DNA of 25,007 nt from positions 1 to 25,007 of IMG/VR virus record IMGVR_UViG_3300042465_004861, one strand, 5' to 3'. The translations under genes were made by a program, and so were the position numbers. Positions within the stretch are counted from its first letter, which is position 1, and each line of letters starts with the position of its first letter. The notes beneath the pieces are model-generated. The model searched no databases. It was not told the DNA's origin and saw nothing but the letters and a program-made list of their open reading frames with translations. Shown here in pieces: positions 17,934-23,861 of the stretch. The DNA comes from a virus. Taxonomy: Duplodnaviria; Caudoviricetes.

Positions 17934-17955
17934 CAATCAAAGCGTTTTGATTGCC
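17934..17955. promoter_or_regulatory. Palindromic operator-like site, copy 2
   Basis: CAATCAAA-GCGT-TTTGATTG-CC, the exact reverse complement of 6956-6977. It sits at the predicted transcription start. Confidence 0.6.
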
Positions 17956-17969
17956 GAACAGGAAAAGTC

Positions 17970-18302
17970 ATGAAACTTAAACACAAGGTATTCTTAGTTG
18001 CATCGTTTCTGGTTGGGGTGGTAAGCGCCAACCAGTTCTGGGATGGCAACAAACTGCTGGCGAGGATGACTGGCGATTACCAAGACCAGTCCCACGCCTT
18101 GGGCTATGTGCTGGGAGTGGTTGATACCGACGGCAAGCGCAAGGTGTGCGCCCCACCAAATGTCACGGCCGGACAGCTTAATGACATCGTGATGCATCAG
18201 TTGCAGACGCGACCAGAGGTGCGCCACTTCCCGGCCGATGTGATTGTTCTTGGATCACTGGCCCGTGTGTGGCCCTGCGAGCGCAAGGGCAGCTCCTCTT
18301 AA
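17970..18302 (+). CDS. Rap1a/Tai-family immunity-like periplasmic protein
   Basis: Signal peptide, then DGNKLL...GYVLGVVD...VCAPPNVTAGQLNDIV..L..RPE.RH.PA...L..VWPC, the Rap1a pattern with two Cys. Confidence 0.75.
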   Translation: MKLKHKVFLVASFLVGVVSANQFWDGNKLLARMTGDYQDQSHALGYVLGVVDTDGKRKVCAPPNVTAGQLNDIVMHQLQTRPEVRHFPADVIVLGSLARVWPCERKGSSS

Positions 18303-18345
18303 CCCGAACAGGTGGCGGGACTTCCACCTACAACTGGAGACTGAA

Positions 18346-18546
18346 ATGAGAAAACTGTTTATTGCACTGATCCTCGCCGCCAACCTTGCGCCCAGCATTG
18401 CGCTGGCGAGGGCTGGGACGCTTGTCCGTTGTGACTATGTAAGCACTTCACAGGGCGGTAGGTACATCGGGACGTATTGTGTGGACTATCAATGTTCATA
18501 CACCACCACCCGGATGTTCACCTCTTACTGCCCGTTCAGCATATGA
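18346..18546 (+). CDS. Small secreted four-Cys protein
   Basis: MRKLFIALILAANLAPSIALA signal peptide; the mature part has 4 Cys; GGAG RBS. Confidence 0.6.
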   Translation: MRKLFIALILAANLAPSIALARAGTLVRCDYVSTSQGGRYIGTYCVDYQCSYTTTRMFTSYCPFSI

Positions 18547-18737
18547 CCCGCGAAGACATCATCCGCATGGCGCGGGAGGCTGGCGTGTTATCGGGGTATG
18601 AGTCCGAGTTGTTTCAACGCTTCGCCGCCCTTGTCGCCGCTGCCGAGCGTGAGGAGTGTGCCAAGCTGTGTGAGCAGGAAGGTCTGTTGTGGGGGCGGCG
18701 TTATGCCGCCGCCATACGAGCAAGGAGTGAACCATGA
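18543..18737 (+). CDS. Conserved small phage protein
   Basis: MTREDIIRMAREAG...RFAALVAAAEREECAKLC...AAAIRAR, a common phage pattern. Confidence 0.7.
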   Translation: MTREDIIRMAREAGVLSGYESELFQRFAALVAAAEREECAKLCEQEGLLWGRRYAAAIRARSEP

Positions 18738-18976
18738 CAGACAACATCAAACCATTTCTCAAAGTTACGACAGCCGACAACTCTGATGCCATAAATATGC
18801 TGGAGCAGTGGCTGGAAGACGCAAAGTCTGGGGAGATCGTCACAGTGGCTATTGTTGGCAAGCGCGTAGGCGGCGAATGGCAGACCGGCATGAGCAGTAG
18901 TCAGAACCGCCTTGAGGACGCCGCAATGCTCATTGAGTTGGGGATGCGTCGGCTTGGCTTTAACTTACAAAGGTAA
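18734..18976 (+). CDS. Hypothetical protein
   Basis: 80 aa, LEDAKSGEIVTVAIV motif, AAGGAG RBS. Confidence 0.65.
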   Translation: MTDNIKPFLKVTTADNSDAINMLEQWLEDAKSGEIVTVAIVGKRVGGEWQTGMSSSQNRLEDAAMLIELGMRRLGFNLQR

Positions 18977-19023
18977 CGTATGCGAAAGAGCTTACATCTT
19001 GACTACAAAATTGCGGAGGCGGC

Positions 19024-19299
19024 ATGACTGATCTTTTACGCAGAGCATGGGCCACGTTGTATACGTTTAAGCAGGCTTATCCAGAAAATTGGCATGAGGA
19101 CGACGAACAGGTTTTGAAAGACCTGATGCGGGCAGACTTAAAACTGTCTGGCGTGAAGCTCAAGTGGCATGGACTGACGGATGAAGAATTCGATGCAATT
19201 TACGAAGCGCATCACAACCAATATGGGGAATGTGAGTCACCAAACTTTGGTTATGAACGTGCTATCGAAGTTAAGCTCAAGGAGAAGAACAATGAATGA
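19024..19299 (+). CDS. Hypothetical phage protein
   Basis: 91 aa with the common C-terminal module WHGLTDEE...RAIEVKLKEKN; GGAGG RBS. Confidence 0.65.
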   Translation: MTDLLRRAWATLYTFKQAYPENWHEDDEQVLKDLMRADLKLSGVKLKWHGLTDEEFDAIYEAHHNQYGECESPNFGYERAIEVKLKEKNNE

Positions 19300-19378
19300 C
19301 GAAACACAGCTATCAGTGAAGACCATCTTCCTTATCATTGCGGCGTCGAGTCTGGTGAAGGAGAAGGTGAAGCCATGA
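19292..19378 (+). pseudogene. Truncated paralog of the small membrane protein at 21155
   Basis: MNDETQLSVKTIFLIIA versus MSDETEMSVKTIFLILA. It diverges after about 17 codons and loses the TM helix. Confidence 0.55.
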
Positions 19379-21099
19379 GATTCGGATCAGTATGCAGCGG
19401 CATTGAAGCGGCCTCAGTAGCGTGGCATCCACTTGGATGGCAAGCTGCGTGGTTCTCGGAGATCGAGCCGTTTCCCAGCGCGGTGCTGGCCCACCACTAC
19501 CCTGATGTCCCCAACCTTGGAGACATGACACTACTGCCAGAGCGCATCCTCTCGGCTGAGGTCGAGGCACCAGACCTATTTTGTGGTGGCACACCATGCC
19601 AAGCCTTCTCGGTGGCCGGTCTTCGTAATTCTCTGGACGATGCCAGAGGCAATCTTTCACTCATATTCGCAGGTATCGCAAATGCAATTGACCATGTTCG
19701 ATCTGTTCGAGGAGACGATCCGGCAATCATCTTCTGGGAAAACGTCCCTGGAGTCCTCTCTACTAAAGACAATGCCTTCGGCTGCTTTCTTGGCGCACTT
19801 GCCGGAGAAGATGATCCGATCGTCCCACCAGGGGGAAAATGGACGAACGCTGGTTGTGTGTATGGTCCCCAAAGAACAGTCGCGTGGCGAGTCCTCGACG
19901 CCCAATATTTCGGAGTGGCCCAACGACGCCGTCGTGTGTTCGTTGTCGCAAGTGCTAGATCAGACTTTGATCCCGCCTCGGTTCTTTTTGAGTTCGATGG
20001 CGTGCGCCGGGATTCTGCGCCGGGCAGAGAAAAGGGGCAAGAAACTTCCGGCACCACTGCAGCACGCTTTGGAATCAGTCGCAATAACCATGAGGAATGC
20101 GTAGCAGCGCCAACAAAGAAATGGCCTGCTGACATTGCGTCAACGCTAGACACCAATTTTGGCACCAAGCAAGGGCTAGAAGACCAGCACGTTAATGCTG
20201 GCTGCCCTCTGTTTGTTCCGGCGCAAACTTTTTCCACGCCAGCAATTGGTCACATTGTGGAAGATGATGTAGCAAGCACTATGACAAAAAACACAGGCGG
20301 TGGTGGTGAAACGCAAAACCCTGCATTTGTTGCGCAGCCCATCGCCTTCCAGCAGACAGCCGATTGCCTAACCGCCGCGTATGGAACCAAATGGAACGGC
20401 AACGCCAGCGCAACCAATGGCAGTTTGTTTGCGGCGCAAGCCATTCCGATTGACACCATGAACATGACACCCGGGCACTCAAGCGGTGGATTAGGTTTTG
20501 GTCAACCCGGCGACCCCAGCTTCACGCTGACCAAGGGGCACAGCCATGCAGTGGCGCAGCCAATTGCCTTCCACCCCACGCAAGACCCGATCAGCAGCGA
20601 GGACGGCACCACGCACTGCATGGACACAGGTAGCGCCAAAGGTGGTGCAACGGTGGCGGTGGCGCAAGCCGTTTCCGAAAATCAAAGAAGTGAGTTGCGC
20701 CTAACGGATTTCACATACGCCATCACGTCAGGTGGAGGCAAGCCGGGTCAGGGCTATCCGGCTGCACTTGTTCCGGCAAAAGATTACATCGGCGGCGTGG
20801 ACTACGAAAACAACGCTCACACAATGGATCAACCAACAGGCCCATTGCTCAAGGGTTCGCCAACAGGAGGTGGCCGCCCTTTGCCAGCGATTGCAACAGC
20901 AATGATGGTGCGCCGCCTAACGCCAGTTGAGTGCGAACGCTTGCAAGGTTTTCCAGACAACTACACCAACATCCCTTGGCGTAAGAAACCTGACAGCCCT
21001 GACGGCCCACGGTACAAGGCGCTGGGCAACTCATGGGCGGTGCCAAATGTCAGATGGATCGGCCAACGGATCGCAGAGCATTTGAAAGCCCACCCCTAA
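19375..21099 (+). CDS. C5-cytosine DNA methyltransferase with long variable region
   Basis: Motif I variant SVCSGIEA, IV GGTPCQAFS, VI WENVPG, VIII QRRRRVF, IX RRLTPVECERLQGFP and X YKALGNS. Confidence 0.92.
   Translation: MRFGSVCSGIEAASVAWHPLGWQAAWFSEIEPFPSAVLAHHYPDVPNLGDMTLLPERILSAEVEAPDLFCGGTPCQAFSVAGLRNSLDDARGNLSLIFAGIANAIDHVRSVRGDDPAIIFWENVPGVLSTKDNAFGCFLGALAGEDDPIVPPGGKWTNAGCVYGPQRTVAWRVLDAQYFGVAQRRRRVFVVASARSDFDPASVLFEFDGVRRDSAPGREKGQETSGTTAARFGISRNNHEECVAAPTKKWPADIASTLDTNFGTKQGLEDQHVNAGCPLFVPAQTFSTPAIGHIVEDDVASTMTKNTGGGGETQNPAFVAQPIAFQQTADCLTAAYGTKWNGNASATNGSLFAAQAIPIDTMNMTPGHSSGGLGFGQPGDPSFTLTKGHSHAVAQPIAFHPTQDPISSEDGTTHCMDTGSAKGGATVAVAQAVSENQRSELRLTDFTYAITSGGGKPGQGYPAALVPAKDYIGGVDYENNAHTMDQPTGPLLKGSPTGGGRPLPAIATAMMVRRLTPVECERLQGFPDNYTNIPWRKKPDSPDGPRYKALGNSWAVPNVRWIGQRIAEHLKAHP
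19682..20104 (+). CDS. Nested alternative-frame ORF, putative MTase beta-type polypeptide
   Basis: +1 frame inside the MTase: SSGKTSLE...SEWPNDAVVCSLSQVL...RFFLSSMACAGILRRAEKRGKKLPAPLQHAL. Start uncertain (19583-19694). Confidence 0.55.
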   Translation: MQLTMFDLFEETIRQSSSGKTSLESSLLKTMPSAAFLAHLPEKMIRSSHQGENGRTLVVCMVPKEQSRGESSTPNISEWPNDAVVCSLSQVLDQTLIPPRFFLSSMACAGILRRAEKRGKKLPAPLQHALESVAITMRNA

Positions 21100-21154
21100 A
21101 ATCCCCATTCCCAAAAGAAGTGGTATGTCGAGGAAACTGAAAAAGTGAGTGGCG

Positions 21155-21265
21155 ATGAGTGACGAAACCGAAATGTCTGTAAAGACCATCTTCCTGATTC
21201 TTGCCGTGGCGTTGCTGATCTTCTGGCACGCTGTGATCTACTTCATTTATTGGGGGCTGACATGA
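21155..21265 (+). CDS. Small single-TM membrane protein
   Basis: MSDETEMSVKTIFLILAVALLIFWHAVIYFIYWGLT (36 aa); ATGA overlap with the next gene. Confidence 0.55.
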   Translation: MSDETEMSVKTIFLILAVALLIFWHAVIYFIYWGLT

Positions 21266-21465
21266 GCAACATACCAATTCACAACGCAGCAAGGGACAAA
21301 GCGTGGGCCGCTTTCATCTCCAGAAAAACAATCAAGGACTTGTTTCCGCAGGATTTCAAGTTCCCGCTTGACCGTGGGTACTACGAGCTTTGGTGTCAAT
21401 GCTGGGACAAGGCGTGGGATGCAGGGTTCAAAGACGGCTACAAGGCTGGCGAGGAGTCAAAATGA
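21262..21465 (+). CDS. Hypothetical protein
   Basis: MSNIPIHNAARDKAW...AWDAGFKDGYKAG; coupled to both neighbours. Confidence 0.6.
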   Translation: MSNIPIHNAARDKAWAAFISRKTIKDLFPQDFKFPLDRGYYELWCQCWDKAWDAGFKDGYKAGEESK

Positions 21466-21716
21466 TCTGCGATGACTGTGACACCGTGGCGTACTGCACA
21501 AAGCACGGGTGCGTCCCTAAGCAACCCACACCGGAGGACGAGGAGTTCACCCGAGTGGAAACCGAGAGCAAGCTGCGGCAGGAGTTGATCCGCAACATCA
21601 CCCACAAGACCGACCCTGTGGAGGACTTCCGGGAGAGGCTGGCGCAGGCCATCGAGGCGATGCCTTTTGGAGACACCGCAGCCAGCTTTGCAGCGTTTGT
21701 GAGGCAGTTCAGATGA
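21462..21716 (+). CDS. Hypothetical protein
   Basis: MICDDC...C...C N-terminus and MPFGDTAASFA C-terminus; GAGGAG RBS. Confidence 0.6.
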   Translation: MICDDCDTVAYCTKHGCVPKQPTPEDEEFTRVETESKLRQELIRNITHKTDPVEDFRERLAQAIEAMPFGDTAASFAAFVRQFR

Positions 21717-21740
21717 CCCGTCCCCTGAGGCGGGTTTTTT
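21716..21740 (+). terminator. Rho-independent terminator
   Basis: ACCCGTC-CCCTGA-GGCGGGT followed by a T-run, directly after the last + gene. Confidence 0.75.
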
Positions 21741-22109
21741 CTAGGTGCTTTCCCTAGTATGGTGCAAAAAAGCAACAGACAATAGGGCCCCCAAGGGTGA
21801 TAGCCGTGGCTGTTCACTCCCTGCCCGGAGGGCCACGCGTCTATGGCCTACCCAGCAACCCCTTGAGGCAGCGATTCGTCGTCGGAGTGTTTGTCTCACC
21901 ACTTGCCACTCCGTCTTGCCCAGTCCCTCGCTGACAGGCTGGACGGCTTTTAGTCTGGGGGTGTACCAGTGCCGGTGTTTCCTTCCGCGCGGCCCATTCA
22001 GGCCCAGTGATCTCGCTCGGAGTGCGGTTGGCGTAGAAGGCGGGGGATTCACGGCGTCATGCGGTTCTGGCTACTGCCGATACCCCGCGCCACTATGGCT
22101 TACCGCTAT

Positions 22110-22216
22110 CCCCCAAAACAAAAACCGTTTACAACTGCGCTCTAGTCGTGGCCCCTGGGTTGACCAAGGGTAGAACGCATGTGTAAACGGTTTGTTTTGC
22201 TGTCCACGACGACAAC
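22110..22216 (-). ncRNA. Candidate structured RNA / attenuator with possible pseudoknot
   Basis: 5' hairpin GTTGTC-GTCGTG-GACAGC, then a long stem (22182-22199 pairing with 22114-22133) containing an internal CCACGAC complementary to the 5' loop. U-rich end; promoter directly upstream. Confidence 0.55.
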
Positions 22217-22222
22217 GCCCCC

Positions 22223-22252
22223 AGTATACCAAGAAGTCCCAAGACGTTGCAA
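22223..22252 (-). promoter_or_regulatory. Sigma70-type promoter (leftward)
   Basis: TTGCAA-18 nt-TATACT with an extended -10 TG. Confidence 0.65.
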
Positions 22253-22304
22253 GAACATATAGGGTTTGTGCAAAAACGACACGATGTCGCTTTTGAACCG
22301 CCTA

Positions 22305-22388
22305 AAAAAGAAACCCCCCTCACGTCTGAGGTGAGAGGGGAAACAACCTTTTCAAAGGAAAACCATGAAGCGGCAACTGCTTGCCGCG
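22305..22388 (-). ncRNA. Candidate ~85-nt anti-RBS small RNA, including its terminator
   Basis: Promoter TTGCGC-17-TAAAGT (22422-22394); 5' hairpin GCGGCAA-GCAG-TTGCCGC; single-stranded CATGGTTTTCCT; terminator CCCCTCTCAC...GTGAGGGGGG-TTTCTTTTTT. Confidence 0.55.
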
Positions 22389-22396
22389 GTTTCACT

Positions 22397-22681
22397 TTAG
22401 CCGCATTGCTTGAGCAGCGCAAGGGCCTCCTCTACGCCCGTCACAATGTGCAGGTTATCGCCGGGCCAGCGGTCATGAAACTTCTGCTCCGCGGGCGATA
22501 ACTGCCTCGCCGAGGGCGGGAGCCTGCCATTCTTGACCTCCAGCAGCAACGTGTGCCCCCGATACCACACCAGCAAATCAAACCGGCCGGCGTCATTGAT
22601 GGTCTCCACATGGGCGCCGCACGCCTGCAGAGCAGAGATGATCTGGTCCTCATTGGCGTCCCGGCGTGCAGCCATCCTCAT
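22397..22681 (-). CDS. VRR-NUC / Holliday-junction-resolvase-like PD-(D/E)XK nuclease
   Basis: RRDANE..I..AL...GA.V...G.FDLLV...LLEVK....LSPAEQKFH..W.G pattern. Confidence 0.8.
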   Translation of the reverse strand: MRMAARRDANEDQIISALQACGAHVETINDAGRFDLLVWYRGHTLLLEVKNGRLPPSARQLSPAEQKFHDRWPGDNLHIVTGVEEALALLKQCG

Positions 22682-22729
22682 AAGGGAAAGTCCTTAGATA
22701 AAAACATATTGCATCCAGTCTATCAGGTG

Positions 22730-22760
22730 TTGACATGTCTTGGAACCTACCTGTTATAAT
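22730..22760 (+). promoter_or_regulatory. Strong sigma70 promoter driving the repeat array and RAMP operon
   Basis: Perfect TTGACA (22730-22735) and TGtTATAAT (extended -10, TATAAT at 22755-22760); 19-nt spacer. Confidence 0.75.
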
Positions 22761-22787
22761 CACATCCAACCTACCCGATATGTTAAA

Positions 22788-23272
22788 GGCAAGGCGTGGT
22801 CGGGCAAAGACCGGTCTGGTCGGGAGAGGTGGGCTGAGGCACGGCAAGGTTTTGCAGGGGCTGACAACAGCCAGAAGGATCAATCCTTCTGAGTGTTGTG
22901 CGAGCCTTGGACCGGCAAGGTCGGGAGTGGAGAGCATGGGTGAGGTCAGGCACGGCAAGCACTGGCAAGGGCTGTTTACAGCGGGGAGGCGACTCAACGA
23001 GCCGCTTCTTCGGTGGCAACACCATTTGGCGGGCTACGGTTAGCAAAGCTATGGCTTGGAAGCGCACCGATTGGCCGGGATCGCTAGGGATCGGCAAGGG
23101 CTGTTAACAGCGGGGTGAATGTTCAATGAGCTTTCACTTCGGTGGCAACACCAATTGGCGTGGCTGTACTCGGCGAGAGCGCGGTCAGGCTCGGCCGGCA
23201 AAGCTGTGGCATGGGCTGCAATGCAGCGGGATGGGTCTTTATCGAGGATTCATTCCGATGCAAAGGTGCATC
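22788..23272 (+). ncRNA. Array of four pentamer-repeat RNA units (GGY-NN tracts plus hairpin tails), putative guide RNAs, VIPR-like
   Basis: Phased tracts at 22788-22857, 22899-22968, 23028-23097 and 23157-23212. Each is followed by GGGCTG-loop-CAGC (starting 22858, 22969, 23098, 23213) and further hairpins. Confidence 0.8.
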
Positions 23273-23291
23273 AATCAACTACAGGAAAACC

Positions 23292-23861
23292 ATGAAGACT
23301 GTTTCAATTCAAATCACCGGCAAATCGCCGCTGCTCATGCACTCGGACCGATTTGCCAACCCGCTGGACCCGTTGACCAAGGCCCACAAAGAGCTGACAG
23401 GCAAGCGCAAGAAGACCGACGACGACCACATTGCCATCGCCCGCAGCGAGTTCATCGGCGGCTGCTACTGGCGCAAAGATGTTGGCTTCTACATTCCGGC
23501 ACAAAACCTCGACGCCTGTTTGATCGCCGCGGCCAAGCTCCAAAAGCTGGGAGTCAAGTTCAAGCAAGGCGTGCAGGTGCTGGAAGACGAGCTTCAGTTT
23601 GAAGGCTACGAACGCAAAACCCCCGAGCAACTCTGGAGCGACGCCGATCATGTGGACTGCCGCGGCGTCAAGGTCGGCACCTCAAAGATCATGCGCTACC
23701 GCCCCATCCTCCGCAAATGGAGTGTCAAAGCAACCATCGTCGTCAACGAGGACGTGGTGAACATCAGCGAAGTCAAGAAGGCCGCACAAGACGCCGGCGC
23801 ACTGATCGGGCTTGGCGACTACCGCCCGCGCTTTGGTCGCTTTAACGTGGACTTCATATGA
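23292..23861 (+). CDS. Solo RAMP/Cas7-like protein (Vipr-like)
   Basis: 189 aa from the AGGAAAACC-ATG start. Beta1 VSIQITGKSPLLMH, FYIPAQNLDACL (compare RAMP YIPGSSLKG) and a C-terminal G-rich loop GALIGLGDYRPRFGRF. Confidence 0.75.
   Translation: MKTVSIQITGKSPLLMHSDRFANPLDPLTKAHKELTGKRKKTDDDHIAIARSEFIGGCYWRKDVGFYIPAQNLDACLIAAAKLQKLGVKFKQGVQVLEDELQFEGYERKTPEQLWSDADHVDCRGVKVGTSKIMRYRPILRKWSVKATIVVNEDVVNISEVKKAAQDAGALIGLGDYRPRFGRFNVDFI

Noticed and set aside
22331-22352. Possible self-target of array unit 1 (GGG GAA ACA ACC TTT versus GG-GA-AC-AA-TT)
   Set aside because: Only about four dinucleotides match and the flanks do not, which is compatible with chance. I found no convincing in-window target by eye, but the scan was not exhaustive.
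22744-22777. AACCTACC repeated twice around the array promoter
   Set aside because: Two 8-nt copies could form an operator, but they are too short to distinguish from chance without homologs.
22788-23272. Classical CRISPR array
   Set aside because: There are no identical 23-47-nt repeats with unique spacers. The shared parts are degenerate hairpins, the variable parts have internal 5-nt periodicity, and there is no cas1/cas2 in the window.
22650-23602. ORFs across the array (22650-22997 -, 22735-23043 +, 22783-23097 -, 22898-23107 +, 23126-23602 +) and the 23142 start extension of the RAMP gene
   Set aside because: These are low-complexity Gly/Arg or Pro/Cys translations produced by the pentamer repeat, with no RBS. 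The real start is at 23292, after AGGAAAACC.
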